From Anaerolineales bacterium (GTDB taxonomy: Bacteria; Chloroflexota; Anaerolineae; Anaerolineales; E44-bin32), in NCBI GenBank assembly GCA_034417075.1, contig DAOULU010000037.1, forward strand, positions 41,915 to 105,914: a stretch of DNA of 64,000 nucleotides, given 5' to 3'. The translations under genes were made by a program, and so were the position numbers. Numbering within the stretch: position 1 is the stretch's first letter; the number at the start of each line of letters is the position of its first letter. Shown piece after piece: positions 30,069 to 39,580 of the stretch. The notes beneath the pieces are model-generated. The model was not told the origin of the DNA and did no database searches. It was given only the letters and a program-made list of their open reading frames with translations.

Positions 30069-30938
30069 ATGAAAGGTATGTTATTCAAGAAATCCCCAGA
30101 ATCTGTAAAAGCGGATTATCTCTCAAATCCGATATATGATTCTGATTCTGCGGAAAATCGGATTTTACATGAAATCCGTGAGTTAATACGTTATCGGAAT
30201 CTTGTGGTTCAAATGGTCAAACGGGATATAACATCCCGATATAAGAGATCCTTCCTTGGTGTTGCTTGGACCTTGTTGGATCCCTTATTGACAATGCTCA
30301 TAATGGCTATTGTTTATGATGCCCTATTCAAAAGGTCGATAGAGGATTTCCCGGTTTTTTTGCTTTGCGGATTAATTGTATGGAATTATTACTCACAATC
30401 CAGTTCTCAGGCGATGAGTTCACTTATGTATCAAGGCTCACTCCTGGGACGTGTCTATTTTCCTAAGTCCGTGTTTGGTATCACTGCTGTGGGTACAGGG
30501 TTAGTTAATCTCCTCTTATCGTTGATACCGCTAGCAATATTTGTTGTTCTGTACGGCCGTCCAATTACGGCCGCGCTGGCATTTATACCTCTGGCGCTTC
30601 TCATTATTACTGCCTTCACATTAGGAGTGGGACTGCTAGTCTCATTACTGGGAGTCTATTTTGGCGATATGGTGAATATTTACAGCTTTATACTTAGATT
30701 AACCATGTTTCTTTCAGGAACTTTTTATTACATCGATTCTCTACCAGAGCGGCTCCACAAAATGATCTACCTGTTGCCGACGTATCATATGATACGGATA
30801 TTCCGTGATCCAGTGTATGAAGGCGTTTTTCCGCAATGGGATTCGATTATTTACGCAGCAACGTCGGCTTTGGTAATTTTGATAATCGGATTATGGATTT
30901 TCACTAAATTCGCCGATGGGATCGCATACAGAATTTAA
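30069..30938 (+). CDS. wzm: Polysaccharide ABC transporter permease
   Basis: RYKRSFLGVAWTLLDP, GSLLGRVYFP, about six TM helices. Confidence 0.9.
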   Translation: MKGMLFKKSPESVKADYLSNPIYDSDSAENRILHEIRELIRYRNLVVQMVKRDITSRYKRSFLGVAWTLLDPLLTMLIMAIVYDALFKRSIEDFPVFLLCGLIVWNYYSQSSSQAMSSLMYQGSLLGRVYFPKSVFGITAVGTGLVNLLLSLIPLAIFVVLYGRPITAALAFIPLALLIITAFTLGVGLLVSLLGVYFGDMVNIYSFILRLTMFLSGTFYYIDSLPERLHKMIYLLPTYHMIRIFRDPVYEGVFPQWDSIIYAATSALVILIIGLWIFTKFADGIAYRI

Positions 30939-30939
30939 T

Positions 30940-31716
30940 ATGGACGTGTTGAATTCCACACAAGGCAATAGCAATCATCCGGTAATCCTCACCGATAAAG
31001 TATCGGTGTATTATCGACTGCAACACAATAGCCCAACATCTGCGAAAGAATTTGTTATTCGGTTGATCCGGGGTGATCTAAATTCAAGCACAGTAAAAGC
31101 GCTGGATGGCGTTTCACTTCATGTTGATCAGGGTGAAATGATTGGGGTTATTGGCCGAAATGGAGCAGGTAAAAGCACACTTTTGAAAGTGATTTCGGCG
31201 ATAGTAAAACCAACAACAGGTCGGGTACGTGTTTGGGGACGTGTAACGTCATTACTCGGAGTAGGTGCTGGATTTAATAGTGAACTCACTGGTCGTGAGA
31301 ACGTGTTTTTATATTCGTCACTATTGGGTCACTCGCAACAAGAGGCGACCAGGTTAATGCCCTCGATCATTGAGTTCGCAGAACTTTCAAAATTCATTGA
31401 CGCACCCCTGCGAACATATTCGTCTGGCATGATTACGCGATTGGGATTTGCTGTGGCAATGGCCCGCCAACCTGAAATTCTACTGATAGACGAAGTCCTA
31501 GGTGTTGGAGATGAATTGTTTAAATCGAAGTGCCGAGAGCGATTTCATGCTTACCGTTCTCGAGGGACTACGGTCATTCTTGTTTCACACAGCCTGCGTG
31601 AGATCGAAACTATCTGCCAAAGAGCTTTATGGCTTCATGAAGGTAAGCTGATGCGAATAGGTGAGACGAAAGAGGTTGCCGGCCATTATCGAAGATTTTT
31701 AGAGGGATCCCCTTGA
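30940..31716 (+). CDS. wzt: Polysaccharide ABC transporter ATP-binding subunit, no C-terminal carbohydrate-binding domain
   Basis: GRNGAGKST, LTGRENV, YSSGMITRLGF, LLIDEVLGVGD, VSH. Ends just after the NBD. Confidence 0.9.
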   Translation: MDVLNSTQGNSNHPVILTDKVSVYYRLQHNSPTSAKEFVIRLIRGDLNSSTVKALDGVSLHVDQGEMIGVIGRNGAGKSTLLKVISAIVKPTTGRVRVWGRVTSLLGVGAGFNSELTGRENVFLYSSLLGHSQQEATRLMPSIIEFAELSKFIDAPLRTYSSGMITRLGFAVAMARQPEILLIDEVLGVGDELFKSKCRERFHAYRSRGTTVILVSHSLREIETICQRALWLHEGKLMRIGETKEVAGHYRRFLEGSP

Positions 31717-31875
31717 TAGATACGTCTTACCCCCACAACTATAGTATCTGACACCATCGTTATAAATCCTATCTACTCTTCAAACATACATGATTTTTCA
31801 GGTAAGTGAGGATTTACTTGGAATGTGTACATAAAGCAACTTGTGATGAAGTTGTAGAAAGCCGTTTCACGATCT

Positions 31876-32853
31876 TCAATTGAGGTTGTCTATTTTTTCC
31901 ATGTCGGCAATTGTCATGATCTGAATCAATTCCTCGAAGTTAACTTGTGGTGACCAGCCCAATTCATTATGTGCTTTCGTTGCATCCCCTCGCAGTTCGA
32001 TCTTTTCCGATGGGCGGTAGAATCTATCGTCGATGGCTACATGATCTTCCCAATTTAATCCAGCAATGGCAAATGATTGTGTGACCAATTCGCGGACGGA
32101 GTGTGTTTTACCAGTAGCAAGAACGTAATCATCTGGTTTATCTTGCTGCAGCATCAACCACATTGCATGCACATACTCCGGTGCGTATCCCCAATCCCGC
32201 CGAGCGTCAAGATTCCCCAGCTGGAGTGTTTCCATCAACCCAGCCTTAATTCTTGCAACTGAACTGGTAACTTTTCGAGTGACGTATTCAAAGCCACGCC
32301 GCTCAGATTCGTGGTTGAACATTATTCCTGAGCAGGCGAAGACACCCGATTCCTCCCTGTAATTTCGGGTTAAATGAAAGCCGACCAGTTTTGATATCCC
32401 GTATGGTGATCGTGGGTTAAGCGCGGTGCCCTCGTTCTGAGGGACAACTCTGGGTCTGCCGAACATTTCGCTAGATGCAGCGAAAAAGAAACGACACTCA
32501 GGTGCTCTTTCCTTTATTGTCGAGAGTATGATTTGTGCGCTGGTAATATTGTTGTGAATGGTCGTGAATTCATGATCGAATGAATAGGATACAAAACTCT
32601 GCGCGGCTAGATGGTAGCATTCAGTAGGTTTAACCTGGTCCACAACATGGAAGATATTGGCGAAATTTTCAATGGACGCCGTATGCAATTGGATGTGTTC
32701 GAGTACAGGTTGGATTCTCCATAGGTGGTGTGCTGGATCTTCCAATGCAACACGGCGAATTATTCCGTGCACCTCGTACCCTTTCGATAAAAGGAGTTCG
32801 GTTAAGTAGGATCCGTCCTGACCAGCTATGCCTGTTATCAACGCTTTCTTCAT
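31876..32853 (-). CDS. gmd: GDP-mannose 4,6-dehydratase
   Basis: KALITGIAGQDGSYL, HLAAQSFV, ASSEMFG, PRSPYGISK, FNHESERRG, LGNLDARRDWG. Confidence 0.95.
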   Translation of the reverse strand: MKKALITGIAGQDGSYLTELLLSKGYEVHGIIRRVALEDPAHHLWRIQPVLEHIQLHTASIENFANIFHVVDQVKPTECYHLAAQSFVSYSFDHEFTTIHNNITSAQIILSTIKERAPECRFFFAASSEMFGRPRVVPQNEGTALNPRSPYGISKLVGFHLTRNYREESGVFACSGIMFNHESERRGFEYVTRKVTSSVARIKAGLMETLQLGNLDARRDWGYAPEYVHAMWLMLQQDKPDDYVLATGKTHSVRELVTQSFAIAGLNWEDHVAIDDRFYRPSEKIELRGDATKAHNELGWSPQVNFEELIQIMTIADMEKIDNLN

Positions 32854-32972
32854 GTCCACGTTCCATTATTGATATTGATGTAGGGGTTGGGTCTACATTA
32901 TCCTGTTTTGGGTCAGTTAGGGATGAAACGTATTTTTCTTTCTCACTTGATCTCCTCTAAAACCAACAGGAA

Positions 32973-33434
32973 TTAGATAATTAAGTAATAAATAAGATCA
33001 TCTACGTCTTCATCTGGTTCATTTCGAACAAAACCCATACTTTCGTATAAGTGCTTGGCAATGGTATTCCTTGGGTTTACTTTTAACATCATTTTAATCG
33101 CCCCACGATATCTACAAATGGATTTTGATATCTCAATTGAGCATTTACCTAACCCCAAGCCTCGATGTGTCTCCGAAATTACAACGCCGTAAGCTGGGAC
33201 ATTAAATCCCTCATCCCACCCTCGCAGCATGAAGAAACCGACAAGTTCGTCTTCCAGGAAGAATCCTTGAAACACATCCTTTTGACGATTCTGAAGAATT
33301 GATACGATGGAGTTTTCTGTAAATTCGAAGGGCGTGAAATATTGAAGGTACTCGGGAGATTGTGATTGAAGCATCGACGAGAGCGCCGCGGCGTCTTCCG
33401 ATTTCAACGGCCGCATACTGAGCGCACTGTTCAT
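32973..33434 (-). CDS. GNAT N-acyltransferase
   Basis: HRGLGLG acyl-CoA motif, NTIAKHLYESMGF. TAATG overlap with the aminotransferase. Confidence 0.8.
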   Translation of the reverse strand: MNSALSMRPLKSEDAAALSSMLQSQSPEYLQYFTPFEFTENSIVSILQNRQKDVFQGFFLEDELVGFFMLRGWDEGFNVPAYGVVISETHRGLGLGKCSIEISKSICRYRGAIKMMLKVNPRNTIAKHLYESMGFVRNEPDEDVDDLIYYLII

Positions 33435-34567
33435 TATCGGCGGTCATTTCTCGGATTAGGATCCGATTGTAGACAGTTGATTATCGTTTCGCATACGTAA
33501 CCAATGTCATCATTCGATAGTGTCGCTGCTGAGGGTAGATTGATGCCCCGAGCTGCAACATCCGTGGCGATTGGGAATTGCGCATTTTTTTCTGCCCCTT
33601 GTTCGTACGGAGGAAGCTTGTGCATGGGGTGAAAAAAAGGTCGGGTTTCAATTCCTTTCGACGCGAGTTGAACCATTACTTCATCTCGATCAATGCCTGA
33701 AGGTAGGCACACTGAATAAAGCCAATATACGTTTTTTGCCCAAGGTTCTTCATGAGGAAGCAGCAAGCCGCTGCCTTGGAGGCAATTAACATAGGCATTG
33801 GCGATCTCGCGCCTGCGCATGACAAACCAGTCCAGTCGTTCGAGTTGGGCCAATCCAATAGCGGCTTGTAGATTGGTAATTCGATAGTTGTAGCCAATGA
33901 CGGGAAACCAGTAGCGCTGATGCGGATCCATCCCCTGACCACGAAGGAGGCGAATCTTAGCTGCGAGTTCCCCGGAATTGGTTGTGATCATACCACCTTC
34001 GCCAGTCGTTATGATCTTGTTGCCATAAAAACTAAAGGTGGCCGCGTCGCTTACGTTACCAACGCGTTTCCCGAAACATTCGGCGCCGTGAGCTTCTGCG
34101 GCGTCTTCAAGGAGGGATAAGCCATGATCCTTGGCCAGTTTACAAAGCGTTTCCATTTCTGCAGGGTGGCCATACAAATGAACCGCAATAATAGCTTTGG
34201 TACTGTTCGTAATGCGCGCGGAAACATCTTGAGGGTCGACAGTCCATGTTTTAGGATTGATATCGGCAAACACTGGTTTGGCACCTGTGTAGGTAACAGC
34301 ATTTGCTGTGGCCACATAGGTGAGATCGGGAACGATCACTTCGTCTCCCGGGCCAATACCAAATCCAAGAAGTGCGACATGAAGTGCAGCGGTCCCACTG
34401 CTGACTGCAATTGCGTGTCCGGTTCCACAATACCTGGCAAACTCTTCTTCGAAAAGATCAATGTACTTGCCACTGCCAGATATCCAGTTCGAATCGAGAC
34501 AGTCGAGGAGATATTTTTTTTCGTTCCCGTCAAGTAGCGGTTCGGCTAGAGGAATCTTGAATGTCAT
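33434..34567 (-). CDS. per: DegT/DnrJ/EryC1/StrS aminotransferase, GDP-perosamine synthase-like
   Basis: AVHLYG, EDAAEAHG, SFYGNKIITTGEGGM, IGYNYRITNLQAAIGLAQLE. Clustered with gmd. Confidence 0.85.
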   Translation of the reverse strand: MTFKIPLAEPLLDGNEKKYLLDCLDSNWISGSGKYIDLFEEEFARYCGTGHAIAVSSGTAALHVALLGFGIGPGDEVIVPDLTYVATANAVTYTGAKPVFADINPKTWTVDPQDVSARITNSTKAIIAVHLYGHPAEMETLCKLAKDHGLSLLEDAAEAHGAECFGKRVGNVSDAATFSFYGNKIITTGEGGMITTNSGELAAKIRLLRGQGMDPHQRYWFPVIGYNYRITNLQAAIGLAQLERLDWFVMRRREIANAYVNCLQGSGLLLPHEEPWAKNVYWLYSVCLPSGIDRDEVMVQLASKGIETRPFFHPMHKLPPYEQGAEKNAQFPIATDVAARGINLPSAATLSNDDIGYVCETIINCLQSDPNPRNDRR

Positions 34568-34674
34568 GAAATAATTTTTCTGTTGATTGTCAACTGCACT
34601 AATGCCGTTTGGATTGATTCAGTACAACAGTTTACGACACTGGGTATTGAATCGGCAAGTAAAGAGATGATTGG

Positions 34675-35928
34675 TCACTTTAGAACGGAATTAAACACAC
34701 TAACATATTTCTTTGCAACGTCGTCCCAAGTAGGGCGAACGTCGTGCATTGCTCGAAGTGCTGAGTCCTTGTAGGTTGGATAATTCTCAAGCATGTCGTG
34801 CAACGCGAGCAAGATCGAATCGATAGACAACGGATCGAACCATGCAATTTTTGCGCTTCGATCTGCAAGGTGTTCTCGAAGCACCGGGATATCTGCACAA
34901 AGAACGGGTATACCGAGACTTAATGCTTCTTCTACGGGATAACTTCCACCCCCCTCTGCCAATGTTGGCATGATCAGCGCGGTTGCATTTTTCAACAAGG
35001 AGACGGCTACGACGTCTTCGACGTATCCGAGAGCAAAATAATCATTCCCGTGGTGGAGTCCAATTCGTTTCACCAAACCCACGAGACGATCCTGCTGTGT
35101 TTCGATGTTCGCCTCGAGCGGCCAATCATCGCGGAGAATATGTATCCCTTCCCCGATGAAGACGAGAGGGATTTCCTGACGGCGTTCGAATTGAGCCCAA
35201 GCGGTTAAAAGCGTGTAATGATTCTTGTGGGCGGTGATGTTCCCTGGAAAGAGAATATAGCGTTCGGGAATATCTTTGGGGAACGCGTCAGATAGTTCGT
35301 CATCCGAATGGGGTTTGAGAGTAGAGATGGCGTGATGGATTACGATCGTGGATTCGCAGAAATCTCCAAAGTGCTTGATGAGCAGGTTCTTAGTTGCCTC
35401 GGATGATACGATCACGCGATCAGCGTTCCGAAGCCATGTGTTCGCACGATGCCATTCCTTGTTCGTGTTCGCGCCACCGAGTAGTTCAGGGAATTCAAAG
35501 TAAGTTGCATCCTGGAAGGTGCAAACGATGGGCTTGTTCAAGGCTGAATACTTCAGCAGGTGGGGCCAAAATACGTATACGATATCGACATCCTTTGCTA
35601 AACGTCGTATTTGTTCGCTGTAAACTCGATCGAGGATTTTCGGTTCGATTCGCCAGCGAAGTGACAATTTGAGCCGCTGACTTCCTTTTATGCCAAAAAT
35701 AGACGTGTTCTTTCTCAGCCAGGATTGTACGAAATTTGGTTTGAGCTCAATGATCTCTATCGATGAATTGCTCCCGGCATTCAGATCGTGCAGGCTGAAG
35801 AAATCTGGGGGGACGGCTAGTTTCAGTGATCTAACATCGGAGAGCTGAGCGATTGCGGGTACAAGCCGAGAAAGTAAACCATAACCCCCTCCGAGATTGA
35901 TAAATGGGGACCATACGAGGATTCTCAT
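34675..35928 (-). CDS. GT4 glycosyltransferase
   Basis: TFQDATY, FPGNITAHKNH, PTLAEGGGSYPVEEA, GIPVLCADIP. Confidence 0.85.
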   Translation of the reverse strand: MRILVWSPFINLGGGYGLLSRLVPAIAQLSDVRSLKLAVPPDFFSLHDLNAGSNSSIEIIELKPNFVQSWLRKNTSIFGIKGSQRLKLSLRWRIEPKILDRVYSEQIRRLAKDVDIVYVFWPHLLKYSALNKPIVCTFQDATYFEFPELLGGANTNKEWHRANTWLRNADRVIVSSEATKNLLIKHFGDFCESTIVIHHAISTLKPHSDDELSDAFPKDIPERYILFPGNITAHKNHYTLLTAWAQFERRQEIPLVFIGEGIHILRDDWPLEANIETQQDRLVGLVKRIGLHHGNDYFALGYVEDVVAVSLLKNATALIMPTLAEGGGSYPVEEALSLGIPVLCADIPVLREHLADRSAKIAWFDPLSIDSILLALHDMLENYPTYKDSALRAMHDVRPTWDDVAKKYVSVFNSVLK

Positions 35929-36121
35929 AAAATCTGAACCATCATACTTATTTTATACATTGAATTTTTGGCACATTTATATCGATGCGCAGACATAGCT
36001 TAGGGATAATGCTTCCGTTCTAGCAAGGGTATTATAATTTAAGTATGCATCCACACAGTTGAACAAGTTTATCCGGCATGGATATCGATTTTTATTATAA
36101 AGCTCCTGTATAAATTACAAT

Positions 36122-37450
36122 TCATTCTACGTCAATGAGTTTGGCTATCTCATCTACAATAAATTCAACCAATTCCGGTGAAATAATATCTGCTCTTAGG
36201 TCAAATAACTGTTTGGCCATAGAGTCAACCAGATCGAGGACCGGCTTGTTGTATCTTGTCACTTCAATAAAGTCAATAATCTTTTCGCAGTATTCCGAAG
36301 TCTTAAAAGCGTTCTTGGCGAAACGCAAGCCTCGTCGCCCTAATGTTCGTCGCAACGTTTCGTTTTTACATAATTGCTGGAGAGACTTTTCCAGTTCATT
36401 GCAATCGTTCACTTTCTCAACTACGTTGTCGGGAAATTCGTCATAGTATCCGTGTTTCCATACTATTACTGGTTTTCCAATAAAGAGCGCTTCAAGCAGA
36501 CTCCAGGAACTTTCACCGAAGTGCGGGTTCCGGATATTGATAATGATGTCACTCCGCTGCATTTGCTCGTACAGGATTTCATCGGGCTGATAGCCAAGTA
36601 AATGGACAGACTCCTGGAGTCTATAATTCTCGATCAACGATATTATGCGTTCTACATACGGGGTTCGATGGGAGTAACTTCCAACGATGTTATAGAGAAC
36701 GTTTTCTCGAAGAAATTGATTTCGACCGATTGCATCGACTGTCTCTGCGATCATCTTGTTGGGATTAATCACACCATAGGTAAGTAGGCGGATTTTATTA
36801 TGAGGGCTTACATCTGCTGAAGATGTCGCATTGATATTAATTTGAGAAATGCGTGGTTCGGGGAAATCGATTTGGATGACAGGAACATTTGCGATTTTTA
36901 CAAGAGCGTTTTTTGAATACTTAGAGTGGACAACGATACCATAAGCGCTAAATACAGCCGATTTCGCCATGTGAAATTCCAACATCGTTGGCTTGTCCCA
37001 GACAGGCCCGGCCGTACGATCAAGGATTCGTTGAGCGAGTTGATTTCCCTTTTCTCCATGTGAAAATGTCGCTTCGTTTATATAACCTTTTGCATCGTGT
37101 AGATGATCTAGGTAGTACGAGGCGAAGAAATGATGCATAACCAAGTCATGAAGGATGACGATCCCTGGATTTTTAATGGCGGTTTCATATATGGTTTTAT
37201 GAAAATTGATATTGTCACCAAGATTGTAAATCAGCGAGTCGTATGTTTTCAGCATTTGATCGAGACTGCGTTTTTTCGTCTTTTGTAGGAAACATAATTC
37301 AACATCCGTAAGCCATGCATCTTTATGGCTGATCAAATCCGAAGCGAATACGGTAATTTCATGACTTTTAGTGAGTCTTTCGACAACGCTCGAGCTGCAT
37401 TGACCGATAGCGCTTTTTTTCGAAAAAGGAGTGAACCACGCGATTCTCAT
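36122..37450 (-). CDS. GT4 glycosyltransferase
   Basis: MRIAWFTPF start (ATGA overlap), ILHDLVMHHF, GESSWSLLEALFIGKP. Confidence 0.8.
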   Translation of the reverse strand: MRIAWFTPFSKKSAIGQCSSSVVERLTKSHEITVFASDLISHKDAWLTDVELCFLQKTKKRSLDQMLKTYDSLIYNLGDNINFHKTIYETAIKNPGIVILHDLVMHHFFASYYLDHLHDAKGYINEATFSHGEKGNQLAQRILDRTAGPVWDKPTMLEFHMAKSAVFSAYGIVVHSKYSKNALVKIANVPVIQIDFPEPRISQININATSSADVSPHNKIRLLTYGVINPNKMIAETVDAIGRNQFLRENVLYNIVGSYSHRTPYVERIISLIENYRLQESVHLLGYQPDEILYEQMQRSDIIINIRNPHFGESSWSLLEALFIGKPVIVWKHGYYDEFPDNVVEKVNDCNELEKSLQQLCKNETLRRTLGRRGLRFAKNAFKTSEYCEKIIDFIEVTRYNKPVLDLVDSMAKQLFDLRADIISPELVEFIVDEIAKLIDVE

Positions 37451-38487
37451 TTGATTAAATTCCCGATGACATGGTCCCAATCGACTTTATGTTGGTGAAG
37501 AGATAAATTCGCCGCTTCACCCATTCGTTTCATCATTTTCCGATTGGCCCATAGTCTTTCCATGCTTTCGGCGAGTGCTTGTGCGGAGGGTTCGGTCACA
37601 AGCCCGTTTTCTCCGTCCACAACAAATTCGGTTGGTCCTCCCGAATCGACGAATGTAATCACCGGTTTATTGGCATGAAAAGCTTCTATCGTGACGTAGC
37701 CATAGTCCTCATCGTAAGGAATAAAGACTGCGGCGAAAGCATTTGACATCCATTTAGCTTTTTCTTCTTCTGAGACCCAGCCCAGTAATTCTACCTTGTC
37801 TGATAGATTGTAATGCTGGATTACGTTCTTGAGATGATTTGAATAAGGGCTGTCGTCAATATAACCAGCGATAACCAGTTTGAACTTCGACTTTACGAAA
37901 CGCATAGCCTCAATGGCGATATGCTGGCGTTTTGAAGCAACAAGCCTGCTTGGAAAGAAGAAATAGTCGGAAGAATCACCCGCTTGATAAAGCTCAGGTT
38001 GCAGAAGTGGTGGATACAAGACATCGTTTACCCGAATCTGGTTATAGCGCTCGAGTCTATAAGCGACAGTCTTAGAAATGGTGTAAATCTCACGTGCCTC
38101 GTGAAGATGAATATCGTCGGCACGTTGGATCATGTTGCGAATCCGTTCCCCTTCGGGATTACTGGGCAACTCCTGGTATTGCGTTCCCCATAAATCGTAG
38201 GCTTGTCGGAATTGGTGGAGGAGCCATATTTTCTTGTTGTTGCTAGGAATGACATATGCTGGAAATTTCAATGCGATTACCAGGTCGGGTTCGGCAACAC
38301 GGATATTGAAGAGTCTGTAGGCCAGTAAGTGTTCGAGGATCTTCTGGGAGGGATACCATTTGAAGGGGATTTTCACGACTGTCGATCGATGACCGTATTC
38401 GAGTAGCTTTACGTTAAGCGTATTCGCCAGATACTCTGCACCGCCCTGGACAAAGGGCTCTTGTACATTGAGAATGATGATTCTCAT
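37447..38487 (-). CDS. GT4 glycosyltransferase
   Basis: MRIIILNVQEPFVQGGAE, SRLVASKRQ, YDEDYGYVTIEAF. ATGA overlap. Confidence 0.85.
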   Translation of the reverse strand: MRIIILNVQEPFVQGGAEYLANTLNVKLLEYGHRSTVVKIPFKWYPSQKILEHLLAYRLFNIRVAEPDLVIALKFPAYVIPSNNKKIWLLHQFRQAYDLWGTQYQELPSNPEGERIRNMIQRADDIHLHEAREIYTISKTVAYRLERYNQIRVNDVLYPPLLQPELYQAGDSSDYFFFPSRLVASKRQHIAIEAMRFVKSKFKLVIAGYIDDSPYSNHLKNVIQHYNLSDKVELLGWVSEEEKAKWMSNAFAAVFIPYDEDYGYVTIEAFHANKPVITFVDSGGPTEFVVDGENGLVTEPSAQALAESMERLWANRKMMKRMGEAANLSLHQHKVDWDHVIGNLIK

Positions 38488-39533
38488 CCCAGCAGCCCTT
38501 CGATGACGTGATCCCAATGGATGTTGTGCAGATCTAATGTCTTGAATGCGTTATTACCCAATTCATATATTTGATTTTTATCCACCCACAACTTGTCCAT
38601 TGAGGCGGCCAAAGCTTCTGCAGATGAGTCGCAGACAAAGCCGTTGAAACCGTGTCGAATGATTTCGTTCGTGCCACCAGAGTCCTGAAAAGTGATCACC
38701 GGTTTCTTCGAATGAAAAGCCTCGAGCGTAGAATAGCCATACGAATCTTCATTGTATGGAATGTAGATCGCTGCATAACAATTGGCCGTCAGGGTTGCTT
38801 TCTCTCCTTCCGGAATCCATCCGAGGAGTCTGACTTTGTCATGTAACTCCCATTTGGCGACCATGTTTTCGAGTTCATCTTTGTAGGAATCCAGATCAGG
38901 AGCACCGATAAGCAGTAATTTGAAATTCGATTTCACATATCTCATCGCTTCGATCGCAACGTTTTGTCGCTTAATAGGCGTTAGGCGACTGGCATAGAGA
39001 AAGTAGTTGCCACTTTCACCATTGTAAAAAAGATCAGGGTTGGGATGGGGGGGATAGAGGATACCATCGGCATTAATTGCATTAAATTCTTCCAGCCGTC
39101 CGGCTACAGTTTTTGAGTTGGTAAATATCTTTCGCGCTTCCCTGAGGTACTTTGTGTCGGATTGAATCAGGGCTTGGCGAAATTCTAATCCCTCGGGTGT
39201 GTTTGGTATGTCTTGGAATCGTGTCCCCCACAAATCGTAAGCGCCTCGGTGGTGATGGATAAACCAGGCTACTTTATTCGGATGGGGTAATGCATAGGAT
39301 GGGTATCGAATCGTGATCAGTCTGTCGATGGGGGAGCCGGCAGCCGCACTCAGATCGAGGTTCCGAATGGCCAACGTCTGTGCGGGAAGGTCACGCCAGT
39401 AGGAAGTTAAGGGTATGTAAACCAAGTCGACTTGATGGCCACGACTGGAAAACTGTTTGGCCAAGCTGTCGCATATCATGGTTCCACCCCCCTTGATGAA
39501 GGGGACATGGGTGGTGGCGATGAGTATCCTAAT
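38484..39533 (-). CDS. GT4 glycosyltransferase, tandem paralog of 37447-38487, probable ATT start
   Basis: SRLTPIKRQ, YNEDSYGYSTLEAF. The conserved N-terminus (RILIATTHVPFIKGG) lies upstream of the first ATG at 39479, and GGAGG is 6 nt before ATT 39533. Confidence 0.8.
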   Translation of the reverse strand: MRILIATTHVPFIKGGGTMICDSLAKQFSSRGHQVDLVYIPLTSYWRDLPAQTLAIRNLDLSAAAGSPIDRLITIRYPSYALPHPNKVAWFIHHHRGAYDLWGTRFQDIPNTPEGLEFRQALIQSDTKYLREARKIFTNSKTVAGRLEEFNAINADGILYPPHPNPDLFYNGESGNYFLYASRLTPIKRQNVAIEAMRYVKSNFKLLLIGAPDLDSYKDELENMVAKWELHDKVRLLGWIPEGEKATLTANCYAAIYIPYNEDSYGYSTLEAFHSKKPVITFQDSGGTNEIIRHGFNGFVCDSSAEALAASMDKLWVDKNQIYELGNNAFKTLDLHNIHWDHVIEGLLG

Positions 39534-39580
39534 TTGCAGCCTCCGTCAGGAATTCATACGAGATTATTCGCTTTCCCATA

